Both the position numbers and the translations under genes were made by a program. A stretch of 64,000 nt of DNA from Octopus sinensis (taxonomy: Eukaryota): NCBI RefSeq assembly GCF_006345805.1, contig NC_043024.1, positions 13,764,001 through 13,828,000 of the forward strand. Reading direction: 5' to 3'. The notes beneath the pieces were generated by a model that made no database searches, had not been told where the DNA came from, and was given only the letters and a program-made list of their open reading frames with translations. This document shows positions 1-14,240 of this stretch, one piece after another; positions within the stretch are counted from its first letter, which is position 1, and each line of letters begins with the position of its first letter.

Positions 1-1010
1 ACCATCTCCTATATTTTCAACCATAACCTTTAGTAGGAAATCACATTTGAACTTCTCTTTCTGTTTATGACGATCGTTGGAGATTGGTGAAGATCATCAG
101 CTGTTTTTTTTTTATTTTTAAAGTAGCTGTAAGATGGAGAAGTCTCCTTGTACGCTGTAGGATAACTCTCAAAGATATCTGCTTTAGTTTCCTCTATTTG
201 GAATAAATAAATAAATGTGCGAAGAAGGTGGCAAAGATTTCCTCAACTTTCATTTGGTGATATTAAGAATTAGTGGCCATTATTATGTATGATAATAACC
301 AGATTTCTACCTGGTTCTTTTTAATATCGAAGGCAATGTTTATAATGATCGGAGGAATTAAACACGTTCAATTTTTTAGTTTTAAAATTGTCTCTGATTT
401 GCAAAAATCCTCTGTAAATGTAATTATAATAAACTGAAAATATGTGACTTAGCTAAACATTGTAAGCATTAGGATTTGCCTCCGTAATGAAACAACACCA
501 AAGGATAAGTAGAATTCATAAGAAAAGATCAGTTATAATTAGACTGGCAGATTTCGACTGCGTTATTAATTTTACAGTCGAGAGTCACAGGAAGGGAATA
601 GTGTGAACACTCCTGATTGGTGCTTCCACAAGAAAATAATGAATTATAGATTGAGAGGGAATAAGAAATGAAAGGCAGAGGGGAGAGAGAGAGAGATATA
701 TATAGAGAGAGAGAAGAGAGAGAGAGAGAGAAACAGACAGGCAGACAGAAAAGAAATGAAAGAAAAAATGGGGAGAAACTGTCCCCTATACTTATCTATG
801 GATCCCGAATGAATGTTAGGCTTACAGAATTCTGAAGAATGTGAACACAGAATGCATCGTGTATAAGAATCCACTACTTTGTATATGTGTCCGAGAGTCT
901 CAAACGAATTTGCCAAATGTTTGGGCCAAATAATAAGATTATTTAAAATGTCTAAGAATATAAATCCATTGTTACCTATCAGAAGAATTATAAATAACTT
1001 AAAGAGTTGC
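1..1010 (-). mobile_element. Possible highly decayed Penelope-like RT fragment
   Basis: Scattered peptides (ILLIGNNGFIF, PKHLANSFETL, PPIIINIAF) loosely resemble PLE RT and thumb motifs; many stops. Confidence 0.3.
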
Positions 1011-1163
1011 AATGCGGTTTGGAATATCTATTGTTATATTAGTAATTTCGAATTTGTAATTTATAGAAAATTTGTAGTGTGTGACGACCGTGTGTATATA
1101 TTAACACTGATATACATACGTACTTATAATATGCATGCATACAAAGGTAAACATATATGCATG

Positions 1164-1203
<40 letters not shown>

Positions 1204-2135
1204 CAATATAGATATAATATATATACTTGTATGCTTGTGTTAAGATATATACATGTATTCATACATACATATATACATTCACATATACTTATGTATAAAT
1301 ATATCTATATAAATACATATGTATGTATATATGTGTGTGTATGTGCATTCATACCTACATATTAAAATATGTATAAATATATATATATATATATATTTAT
1401 ATATTTATATAAGCATGTATGCGTGTATAGACTTATGTATATATGTATATGTATATATATGTGTGTGCGTGTATATATATTATATTGCCTCTAGCATATT
1501 GACTGCCTTTCATCTTCGTTACATGAAAGCAAAATAATTAAATATAAATTTTTACAACACTATTAATCTCAACTAATTAATTATTATTAGCATAATTATG
1601 TAAAGTAAAGGTCTTTGGGAAATTATTCCTTAGAAATAATATGTTGGTTACTACCAAATAGTCGTTCAGACCGAAAATCTCCACAGAAAGGCAGACAATT
1701 CTTAGAATTTCAATTCCATTTCGAACGAATCAAAAGGAATATATTCACGAGGCATTAATTCCGTGCGAGTCACGCTTGGTTGCATTCGGCTTCACTAATA
1801 ACGTAAATTATACTATTTAGAGTTAAGCTAAGCTCGTCATACTTCATGCTTCGAGTATCCTAAACGCTACATCACAGCAGGGTGTATAAGGGCAGTCACA
1901 GCCGCCTTGAAGAGTTTCCTGAAACTTTGTAATTAATAAACTCGACATATACTGGATCGATTCTTCGTTGTGTGGCGAATCATAACTTTTCATATAATAA
2001 TTCTTGCTCTAGGTTTGGTTTTCTTTGTCGTCTCGGGTGCATTTGATGTACTCAGACAATTATTGTTGATATTATTATCCTTGTTTCTGTCAGCATCCTC
2101 ATCCTTACTATTTGAAATGTTGTTACCAACGTAAA

Positions 2136-2700
2136 GGCGGCGAGGTGGCAGAATCGTTAGCACGCCGGGCGAAAAGCTTAGCGGTATTTCGTCTGCGTTA
2201 CGTTGTGAGTTCAAATTCCACCGAGGTCGACTTTGACTTTCATCCTTTCGGAGTCGATAAATTAAGTACCAGTTACGCACTGGGGTCGATGTAATCGACT
2301 TGAAACCTATGTCTGTCCTTGTTTGTCCCCTCTGTGTTTAGACCCTTGTGGGTAATAAAGAAATAGGTATTTCGTCTTCTGTTACGTTCTGAGTACAAAT
2401 TCCACCGAGATTGACTTTTGGGGTCGATAAATTAATTAACAGTTACGCACTGGGGTCGATATAATCGACTTAATCCGTTTGTCTATACTTATTTGTGCCC
2501 TGTGTGTTTAGCCCCTTCTGGGTAGTAAAGAAATAGGTATTTTGCCTGTCTTTATGTTCTGAGTTCAAATTTCACTAAGGTCGACAATTGCCTTTCATCC
2601 TTCAGGGATCGTTAGAATAAGTAAAAGTTGTGCACAGGGTCGTTGTAATCGACTTAAACACGACCAGGAAATTGCTGGCCTTGTGCCAAACTTCAGAACC
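2136..2700 (+). mobile_element. tRNA-derived SINE family A, three tandem units
   Basis: Head ggcggcgaggtggcagaatcgttagc...gagttcaaattcc (A/B boxes); units restart at ~2367 and ~2536. Confidence 0.85.
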
Positions 2701-3587
2701 GGCACTGTCGCCACCGTCGCCGTGGTTCTCTTTTTTCTTGATTTTCTTGTTGTTATTCTTGCAGATGCATTCGTTCATATAATTTTTGTTGTCTCCGACA
2801 TCCTCTTCCTCTTCATCGTCATCTTTACAACCGTTCGATGCTGTTGTTGCTTTTGTTATTATGGTTGTTGTTATTGTTATTGTAGTAGTTATAGTTGTTA
2901 TTGCTTTTGATGTTGTTGTTGTTGTTGTTGTTATTGTTGTTGATTCTTCAAAAAAACCAGCCGCGATCGAACCGATGACTGAAGGCATTCCAATATTTTT
3001 CTTTTTCAGATATAACGTATCCAGCACTACAAGATTCAGTGTGTTCTTCCCATTTATTGTGTGAGGATTCCATAACTAAACACACATTCATACATAGACA
3101 TTTTAACATTTTTTTGGCTTTTCAAATATACCGTAATCTAACTCGTAGGAATCAAAATTACAAACGTGTACGAACGTGAGTGTGTGCGTGTGTATGGGTG
3201 TATAAATATATATACATATAAATTAAATTAGAGATAAAACCACTATTAGGCAAACCATACAATGAAAAACATAAACACAATTAATATAATATACAAAATA
3301 TATAAATATAAAATTTAAAATTGAAATTGTTTAAATTTAAAATTTTTAATTTATATTTATGAATTTTTATATTTTTTAAATATTTTTTAAATTCTAAACT
3401 TTAAATTTTAATAAAAAAAAAAAATTTAATTTAAAATTTTAAAATTCATTCTTTGATTTGCCTAATAGTGGTTTTATCTCTCATTTAATTTATATTTATA
3501 CTGTGAAATTGGATTTAATCCTAATCTAGTTTTACCCTGTAAGTTGGATTTACTCCCTAATATATTATTATTATATACATACATACT

Positions 3588-3623
<36 letters not shown>

Positions 3624-4102
3624 AATTATATATATTACATACGTATTAATAACATATATATATATAGATAAATATAATATGTTATTGAAATACGTATGTA
3701 TATTGCGTGCGTACGTATGTATGTATAATATATTGAAGCTAATTGGATAGTTCGACGCATGATAGTAAGCAGGGATTTATCATCCAACAGATATACCAAT
3801 AGAAAGTTATATAAAATTCAGGACTCGTGTGTGAATGTGAGAGAGTGTGTGCCAGTCTGGTGACTTTAATGTTGGATCAATATAAACTACTCCCAGCCAG
3901 ATTAACCAGCGGTTGTTGCTGTTAGGTTTGAATCGTAGAGTGGCTTCCATCAAATTCTCACACTTAACCTGAATTTCGTTGATGTTATCTCTCATGGAGC
4001 AATGCCGGTAGCTATTTAGAATAAATAAATAAATAAATACATCACCACAACCGCCACCACCAACGCCAGTGCTGCTGTCACTTAGGGCTTGTCTTTATTA
4101 TA

Positions 4103-4172
<70 letters not shown>

Positions 4173-4540
4173 TACATTTATACATACATACATTCAGGCA
4201 TTCGTAATATATATCTACATTAAATCAGCGAACTGAGAGAATTCTTACCGTGCCAAGCTTAGTTCTTTGCGGTATTTCTTTCGAATTTGCTTCTTCATTT
4301 CAAATTATGCCGGCCGTTACTTTGACTTTCATGCCTTCGTGGTCGATAAAATAAGGACCAATTGAATACTAGGGTCGATGTAATCTCCTCTCGCAGAATT
4401 GCTAGCCTTATGACAAAATTTGAAACCAATGCCTCTGTATCAATGAATAAATTAATCGATTAATCTATCTATCTATATATATATATATATCTATATTATT
4501 ATTTATCTATGTACCTATTTTTATATATATGTATAATATA

Positions 4541-4588
<48 letters not shown>

Positions 4589-4703
4589 CAACATATATAC
4601 CCTAATAATAATAATAATAATAATAATATAATAATAATAACGATATTAATAATAATAATAATAATAATAACTAATAATAACAATAATAAAATAATAATAA
4701 TAA

Positions 4704-4737
<34 letters not shown>

Positions 4738-5317
4738 TTAATAATAATAATAAACCATGGTAATAGAATTTTAAAAAAAAAACAGTTTGTATAGAAAATT
4801 AAATGATTTGCATAATTGTTCAGTTTAGCGATACAAAGAAAAAGTTAAAGTAGACTTCCAAAGAATAAGTCTTGGGGTCGATTTGCTCGGTTGATGGTGG
4901 TGCTCCAGCATGGACGCAGTCAAATGACTGAAACAAAGAAAGAGAAGAAATGCGTACGTGCGTGCGTAGTCGTGTATGTGTGTGTTCATGCATGCGTCCA
5001 TGCATGTATTGATACATACATATATACATACATATCTTTTCTCTGTCACTCGTTTCAGTCATTAGACTGCTGCCATGCTGGTGCACCGTCTTGAAGAATT
5101 TTTGGTCGAAAAAATCGACCCCAGTGCATTTTTTTAAAAGCCGGGTATTTATTTTATGGAGTCATTTGTAGAACGACTAGCTTACGAAGATGTAAACACA
5201 GCAACACCGGTCGACAGACGCTTGTGAGGGTGGTCAAAGACAGACATAGATGCAGACACATGTAGATATATGCATACACACACACACACACACACACACA
5301 TTATATATATATATTAT

Positions 5318-5349
<32 letters not shown>

Positions 5350-6336
5350 ATATATATATATATATATTATATATATATATATATATCTATATACGGACGG
5401 GATTCTTATAGTTTTCGCCAATCAAATCTCCTCGCAATGGTTGGTCGGGCCGAGACTATAGTAGAAGATATCTTCCCAACGAACCCCGTAGTAGGACTGA
5501 ACCCATGATCATGTGGCTGCGAAGTAAGCTATATGTATATATTACTTGTCCCCGTGACCGACTAGACTATCTGATGTTGTTACACATCACGAGTCACAAT
5601 GCATTTTGCATCATTGTAGCCTACAAATGAGGTCGCACTTCTTGCTAAGCGAGCAGGCCAACATCGCCGCCAACCGATCGAACTGGTTCTGGATCAAAGT
5701 GAAATAAAGCGTTTTACTCAAGAACATTGGACACCTGATGCCTGGTCTGGGAATCGAACCCAAGTCTAGTGATCCTAAGTACAAATACGCCACATGCCAC
5801 GACGTATGCTTACACATATATATATGAGGGGGGTAGCGGCTGCCTTCTCGTATACGAGCTAAGCCATTACTAGACAAATCCGTACTCTCTCTCACACACA
5901 CACATACACAAATACACATAATATACATGTATAACTGATTGTGTGTGTTTTCGTTTTGAGTTCAATATCACTTCACAGCTTGACAAGAAAGTTATTTCTG
6001 TTCTTTGTATCCTCGCCTACATACATTTATAGAATGCGTTCCTGGTTTAAAAATATGTACAAGGAACATATTACTCAGTTAAGTTTTCGAGGCGTTGCAC
6101 CAGTATGGCCGCTGTCAAATTATTAAGGCAAGCAAAAAGATAAAGGACAAAATGATATTTTTCATAATACTCAGTTTCGTTTCTCCGGAACCGGTAACTG
6201 TGTGAAGTGATGTATTATTGAGATTAAATTGACAACCAAAACATGAAAGTCAGCCATACGCAGCATGAAAACAAAACCTGACGAAATGCACCGATGTACT
6301 CCAGGGAAATCATGGCCATCCAACTAGGTATGGATA

Positions 6337-6386
<50 letters not shown>

Positions 6387-6583
6387 TACACACATACATA
6401 TACATACACATGCACGCACACACACGCACATTATATATATATGTATGTATAAGCATTGCATGTGTATCGTTAGGGGTATGTTTGCACCTTATTCAAAACG
6501 GACGAGCAATATCTTAGAAACTAATACAATATATTATTGAATGTGTGTAAGTGTGCGTGTATATACATATATATGCATGAGTA

Positions 6584-6650
<67 letters not shown>

Positions 6651-9535
6651 CATGCGTATTTATATATTTATATATATACATACACATATATACATATATG
6701 CGAGAGATGAGTCTTTGCTGAGAGAGGACCCTTTGAGTATGCGTTAACCCCATGACAGGTTGACGGCGGGTATTGGTTTGTTTAGCCCTATAGAAAAAGT
6801 ACTACGCTTAAAAATAATAAGACTTGGCATGATTTGTTTCACAAATACTTTTCAAGACAGTGTTCCAGCATGGCCGCAGTCAAATGAGTGTAACAAGTAG
6901 AAGAATAAAAGAATAAATGAACACACACACACACACACACACACACAATATATATAGTCAATTCAAGCAACAACAACAAGAAAAGAGGATGTATATGTGT
7001 ATTCATACATACATTTATATATATATGTGTGTATATACTTATATCTGCATGCATGTGTTTGTGTGTATGTGCGTGTGTGTGTGTGTGTGTGGTCGTAGCT
7101 TGAGCGCTGCTGATAGCATGTGCGGCACCGTCGGATCCTTGGCAACAATATATGCAACATTATAACATACGGGGATCGAAACCGCGACACGTCTTCTATG
7201 ACGAATTATGTGCTGCATACGAGCGAGTAATATACACAGACTGTCATTTCTTTCATTATATAGGCCGTGACCTTACCGTATAGCATTTTGTGTGAGACTA
7301 CGGAATTAAATCTGATGGGTACGCTGCCGTTTGTCTCTTTTTTAATACCTTACGCCATTCGAGCAAGTATAACAACTGCGAATCTCCAAGTAGCGCTCAG
7401 TTAAACTCGTTCTTGTGTTTGTCGTATACCTGAGATTTGCAACAATGAAGCTTTTTATTTTCAAACATATGGGACGTGCAGTATAACTGGGCGCGATGCA
7501 GTTGTTGGCGCTGTCCACGTGGCTGCGTACTTTGTTGCAAGTCTTGCAGCAACAGTTATGTACTTCATTGAGTACCAGTCGCTATACCTCGTTGGAATCA
7601 CGGGCTGAGAGGTATCACACGTTTGCATCGTTTAAGTACCGTTTAAATACATGTAGTACTCATGCTGCAGGTGATAACGGATGTTGTGTAGATGGGGGCA
7701 TTTGTGATTTTCGGTTGTCAAGAAGAACCTATGTTCTGTTTAAGATTCGTTCGCTCATAGGCTTCGTATTTCTTTATCAGCATCGACAGATATAATTATA
7801 TTCTGCTCAGGTTTTCTTCTTTTTATTCCTGTCTCACATAATTCTCATGGTTATTTATTTTTCTTATCTCTTTCTTGTTTATCCTTTACTAGGTCATTGT
7901 CAAATTTGATGAACGAACAATCATCATACCTGCATACATCCAAATATTGATTTTTGTTTTCTCCTTTTTTCTTAATTTCGTTCTCCGAAATGTAGTGCTG
8001 TTTGCTAATTTGCTCTATTTTTCCCGGGATTTTTCCCTCTTCAATATCTGACAGACTACAATCTTACCATCTTCATCTTTAAAGTCTCACGTAATTTAGG
8101 TTATTTGAGAAACTATCTCTGGAGCTAGTCTGGAGCTAGTCCAACACTAATTTGAATATCTTGTCATATTTTCAATGCACAGTACTTATATTTTAAGCAA
8201 ATATATTTTAAAGCTATTCTGACCTCCAGACTTATTTTAGTAACAGCATGTAATCCGGCAGTGAAAGGATGATATATTTGGCACTGAGTTTTAGTGCCTA
8301 TTTCGATGGTTTGGATAAGTTTCAATTCCTAAATCCTGTGTTATTATTTCTTGGAATTTCTAGACGTAAACTGAAGTGCTTTTAATATTTCTTTCTCGGA
8401 ACAGTGGAATCTTATAACTTTCAAACTTGTCTCGCTGTTGAACTATTCTATAGAGACAACACTGTAAGACATTAGATTGGGAAGCGATCTGTAAATCGCG
8501 GGTTTATGTGCTTCCACATTATAATTCCTGTCACTCAACTTGCGTGTTGATCTCACTTCTGCTTTCCTTATAATGAGTTCCACGTTTAGTCACACCAAGA
8601 GAGAAAGTGAGATGAAGTAGGAGAGAAAAAGAATGTCCGTTTATAAGAATGAGCGTGAATAATGGTATATGAATGTAGTTCTGTATTTGTTATAAAAAAT
8701 TCTGATATAATTGCAGTCTGCTCCAACAAATTTCAGCTGTCAGTGAAGCACCACGTTCAGACAAGGATTAGATCACATTCTGACCACCCCTGAAAGCCGA
8801 TTGCATGTTGAAACGGATCAGTGGTTGATAAAATTGACTTTATTAGTAGAGTGGTACCAAAGAATCGTAACTCCGATACTGGTAAACCACTAATTTTAAT
8901 TAACCAGCATTCGAAATCAGGGCCAAAAAAGCAATGGAAATGAGTGAAAATGTTTTTTCCCAAATTGACGGTGTATATTGCCATCAGTAGAATAATTTAT
9001 ATCTTTGATGAAAAAGTGTAAATTCGTATTTTTAAAAGCATAAGAGGTATATTACTATGAACCTCACCTTTCAAGTTAGAAAATGAAATCTCGGAAAAAT
9101 TACGGCAAAGAGTAATTTGACATACTTTCTCCTCAGCCCATCGATATTAACTTAAGAAAATGAAATAAATTATTGTTCATTCCTGCAAATGAATATTTCA
9201 TATAAATGGAAGGCCTTGGAAAATGCTTAGTGACATTTCGTCCGACTTCAACTTTCAAGTCCCGCTAAGGTCCTGTTTTACCTTTCAACCTTTCGGCGTA
9301 GATTAAATAAGTACCAGTTGAGCACTGGCTCCACTTAATCGACTTATCTCAACACCAAAGATTGCTGGCCTTATGCCAAAATTTGAAATCAAAATTTCGT
9401 ATAAATTTTCATACAACTCAAAGGCAGGAAGATGGCGGAATTTTTAGTACCCCTGCCAAAATGCTTAACCGTATTTCGTCCGTTTTCACGTACATATTCC
9501 GCCGATGTAATTAACTTAACCGTCTTATTTGCAAC

Positions 9536-9602
<67 letters not shown>

Positions 9603-10147
9603 TATATATATATAATATATATATATATATTTTTTTGGTCTTTCTTCGGTAATTGGACTGTAGCAATTCTAGGACACTGCAATTGATCAAGTTGAATGTC
9701 GAAATTATACTTGAAACATCGGTATTGCTTGTGAAACCGCAAATTTATGGTTTAAACAAGGCAGCGTTGGTTGTCAATTGTTGGTGGGAGGTAGACACTA
9801 GCACACAAACACACACGCACACACGCACACACACACATGCTCGCACACACAGATATCCATACACATACACACACACTAACATGCATTACATGCATGCATC
9901 AAATATACATACCACATATATGCATGTGCAAATACATAGACAGTTTCCATCAATACGTTCAGTTCCAAAGCATTGTTCGAGATGTGTCCATGGTTAATAG
10001 TAATTGCGCTGGGTGCCGCGTAGTGAGACTGAACCCAAAAACCTGTGGTTGCAGAGGCAGCACAGTCAGCATGAGCCTGTCATAGAATAATGCTGCATCT
10101 CTCCCACCGCCTCATTCTCTCTCTCTCTCTGTTTACGCACACACACG

Positions 10148-10195
<48 letters not shown>

Positions 10196-10287
10196 ATATA
10201 CATGTAGGTCCCGGGTGAGTCGGGGTTAACCACAGTAAATAAGGTACTCACATATAGCAGAGTAAATAAATTTATGTTATAGAAGGA

Positions 10288-10335
10288 GCTTCTACAGGAC
10301 TAGAACTGTTTCATTAAAAGAAATCATCAGGAAGC
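10288..10335 (-). ncRNA. Type I hammerhead ribozyme motif
   Basis: Minus strand: gcttc-CTGATGA-tttcttttaat-GAAA-cag-ttctagtc-ctg-TA-gaagc. Stems I and III pair; stem II is weak. Confidence 0.65.
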
Positions 10336-10336
10336 A

Positions 10337-10385
10337 GCTTCCTGATGATTTCTTTTGAATGAAACAGTTCTAGTCATGTAGAAGC
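10337..10385 (+). ncRNA. Type I hammerhead ribozyme motif (inverted partner)
   Basis: gcttc-CTGATGA-t-ttc-tttt-gaa-t-GAAA-ca...tg-TA-gaagc. Confidence 0.7.
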
Positions 10386-10413
10386 TCCTTCTATAAAATA
10401 TATATATATATAT

Positions 10414-10447
<34 letters not shown>

Positions 10448-10806
10448 ATATATATATATATATATATATTGTATATTATTTATATAATTATAACAATGAG
10501 TGTCTTGCAACAAGTTGCAAAGACCTTCATTGTTATATTAGATATAATTTTACCGAATATGGTCCTTTTCCATACCGAAATACTATTTTTGTGAATTTGT
10601 TGATTTTATTAAATTAATTATATTTCACCCTTTATCTGTACTGTACATATATATATATATAATATATATAATATATATATATATATATATAATATGTAGG
10701 TCCCGGGTTGAGTCGGGTAACCACAGTAAATAAGGTACTCAATACATGATGATTTCTTTTGAATGAAACAGTTCTAGTCCTGTAGAAGCTCCTTCTATAT
10801 AAAAAT

Positions 10807-10845
<39 letters not shown>

Positions 10846-10967
10846 ACACATGTATATGAATTAGAGAAGAACCACCATGGAGCAATTCGACAATGATATA
10901 CTTAAATCATACCATGTACCATATATGTATTATATTTTGTGAAATTTGATTTAGTATTACTAAATTG

Positions 10968-11226
10968 GTGGAGGCGCCTGGTTTAGTGGTTAGGATGTCA
11001 GCATCATGATCGTAAGATTGTGGTTTCGATTCCTAGACTGGGCGATGCGTTGTGTTCTTGAGCAAAACACTTCATTTCACGTTGCTCCAGTCCACTTAGC
11101 TGGCAAAAATAGGTAACGCTGCGATGGACTGGCGTTCTGTCCAGCTGGTGAACACATGCGCCATTGAAACCGGGAAACTGGGCCCATGAGCCTGGCTAGG
11201 CTTTAAAGGGGCGCATTTATTTATTT
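10968..11226 (+). mobile_element. tRNA-derived SINE with 13-bp TSD, nested in an older (TA)n-associated repeat
   Basis: TSD tattactaaattg at 10955-10967 and 11227-11239. Confidence 0.85.
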
Positions 11227-12395
11227 TATTACTAAATTGAATTTTTCCCTGTAAGATTGGAATCATATTCCTTAAATATGTATGTACGTATGTTTGTATG
11301 TAAGCATGTTGGCACGAGTGTAGCATTAGATATTAAATAACAGACGGAACATTGTGGAGTGTGAGATGGTCAACGGGACGACAAAGAAAGCAATCAAAGT
11401 ATAACTGACATAAATATACACATACGTAGGAGTGACTGTGTGGTAAGTAACTTGCTTACAAGCCACATGGTTCCGGGTTCAGTCCCACTGCGGGGCACTG
11501 CGGGGCACCTCGGGCAAGTGTCTTCTGCTATAGCCTCGAGCTGACCAAAGCCTTGTGAGTGGATTTGAAGGACGGAAACTGAAGGAAGCTCGTCATATAT
11601 ATGTATATATGTATATATGTATGTGTGTGTCTGCTTGTGTGTCTGTTTTTGCCCCACCAACCTCGCTTCACAACCGATGCCGGTGTGTTTATGTCCCCGT
11701 AACTTAGCTGACTAAAGCCTTGTAAGTGGATATGGTAGACGGAAATTGAAAGAAGCCCGTCATATATATGTATATATGTATGTGTGTATGTTTGTGTGTC
11801 TGTGTTTGCCTCTACCCAGCATAGCTTGACAACCGATGCTGGTGTGTTTATGTCCCCGTAACTTAGCGGTTCGGCAAAAGTACTAGGCTTACAAAGAATA
11901 AGTCCTCGGGTCGATTTGCTTGACTAAAGGCGGTGCTGCAGCATGGCCACAGTCTGACGACTGAAGCAAGTAAAAGAGCAAGAAAAATAAAAAGACTAAA
12001 TGTAACACCCGAGAAAACGACATATCAAAACAGAGGGAAGAAGAGAAGGGACGAAAATTGTAAAAAGCAAAGGGGATGAGATATATATGGAGATTAAGAA
12101 TATCGGAGGGAAGAATTAAGGATTTGGCGATGCAGCGACAGATAGAAGATTACTGAAGGAGTTCATTGAGTTAACAACTGTAAACAGATATGTCAGGAAA
12201 CAGATTCGATTGCGTAATACAGAAGCAGGCACAGATATGCGAAGGCATCAGCCAATAGGAATGCATATATGAGGAGGAAACGACTGGAAAAATATAATTG
12301 TAATCATTAGATCAGAAAAATGTTATTTAGATGAGGGAAAAAAACCAACGCTACCAATGACGGCAAAAAACCCCAATAAATCTACAGAATCTATA

Positions 12396-12576
12396 GGCGC
12401 AGGAGTGGCTGTGTGGTAAGTAGCTTGCTAACCAACCACATGGTTCCGGGTTCAGTCCCACTGCGTGGCATCTTGGGCAAGTGTCTTCTGCTATAGCCCC
12501 GGGCCGACCAATGCCTTGTGAGTGGATTTGGTAGACGGAAACTGAAAGAAGCCTGTCGTACATATGTATGTATATG

Positions 12577-12615
<39 letters not shown>

Positions 12616-12784
12616 TTGTGTGTCTGTGTTTGCCCCCCTAGCATTGCTTGACAACCGATGCCGGTGTGTTTACGTCCCCGTCACTTAGCGGTTCGGCAAA
12701 AGAGACCGATAGACTAAGTACTGGGCTTACAAAGAATAAGTCAAATAACTGAAACAAGTAAAAGAGTAAAAGAGTAAAAGAGAG
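12396..12784 (+). mobile_element. tRNA-derived SINE family B with internal (TA)/(TG) microsatellite; copies ~11428-11990, ~28647-29150, ~53880-54027, ~46885-47320(-), ~62974-63377(-), ~5040-5530(-)
   Basis: ggagtggctgtgtggtaag...ggttcagtccc head, shared body, (gtaaaaga)n tail. Confidence 0.9.
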
Positions 12785-13286
12785 GTTTGCCAAATGAATT
12801 TATGATTGTTATAAATACAATTTGTCACAGTATTTCCCTCCACCACCTCTGTCTTTCTTCCTCGCTCACTCTCTTTATCTTTACATTTATTATTTCTTTA
12901 TTGCCCACAAGGGGCTAAGCATAGAAGGGACAAACAAGGACAGACAAATGGATTAAGTCGATTATATCGACTCCAATGCGTAACTAGTAATTATTTAATC
13001 GACCCCAAAGGGTGAAAGTTGGATATTTCATCTTTGTTCGTTTAGTATTTGGGTTTAATTTTTGATTTGGTTGAATCTAGGTTGTTTTTTGTTGAGCTAT
13101 TATTTTTCAAAATTTGACATAAAAATACACTCTAAAATTGCTTTTGTTTCTTTTTTAACGTAAGCGTGTCCAAAGACGTTGAATACTTACACAGAACAGG
13201 TTTTACAGCCACATCACCCAAACCGACCGGGCGAAACCAGGCTAACTGCCAGTATATATATATATATATATATATTATTTATGTTC

Positions 13287-13330
<44 letters not shown>

Positions 13331-14117
13331 GAACATACATACATATATGTTACAGATTTAGATATATAGGTAGACAGACAGACAGACATTACATATTCAT
13401 ATGTGTACATAACTTAATACCCAATGAACGAGAAACGCGTAGTCAAGGATTAACTATTGTAGAGAGAATATAGATATATATTTTTTTTATTTATTACAAC
13501 TGAAGCTGGAAGGTTCTCTTGCATGCGAGTAAAATAATTTCGGTTTCAATATACAAAATGTATATGTGTGAGTTTATGTGTGTGTGGTGTGTGTATGTAT
13601 GTATGTATGTATGTATATATATACACACACATATGAGTAGGTCTATGTATATATATATGTATGTAGGTATGTGTGTATGTATGTATGTTTGTATAAATGA
13701 ATGTATATGTATACATATGAACGTATGTTTAACCATATGTATATTTACTTGATGTGTGCAATTGAATTATCGATGTGTCAGTCGCAGTCTGTTTAGATCA
13801 AGAAGTAACACACACACACACGAACACATGTAGATAACGATAACGAAGTCTGCATATCCAGATGCCTAAATATACAGGTTCGTGCATGCATTGAATGCAT
13901 ATAGATACAAAACATGCCTGATGTATTCGAATAATATATATCATATGTCATATATATATGCATCCATAGATATATTATATATATTATATATATACATCCA
14001 TAAATATATTATATATATTATATATATATATATAGATATATAATATGCATCCATAGATATATTATATATACATATATATATTTACATACATAAACATTTA
14101 TATAATATACACACTCT

Positions 14118-14188
<71 letters not shown>

Positions 14189-14198
14189 GCATCCGTAG

Positions 14199-14240
<42 letters not shown>

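Larger units (their letters stand above)
10201..10395. mobile_element. Fold-back element in (TA)n with head-to-head hammerheads; internally deleted second copy at 10694-10798
   Basis: Palindrome 10278-10394 centred on 10336, unique tail 10201-10277, flanked by TA repeats. Confidence 0.75.

Noticed and set aside
7085-7800. CpG-rich stretch considered as promoter or first exon of copy A
   Set aside because: No similarity to the region upstream of copy B; minus-strand peptide KKYEAYERTNLKQNIGSS*QPKITN looks more like a decayed RTE LINE
12396-12470. tRNA-like A/B box sequences
   Set aside because: SINE heads continuing into repeat bodies, not tRNA genes
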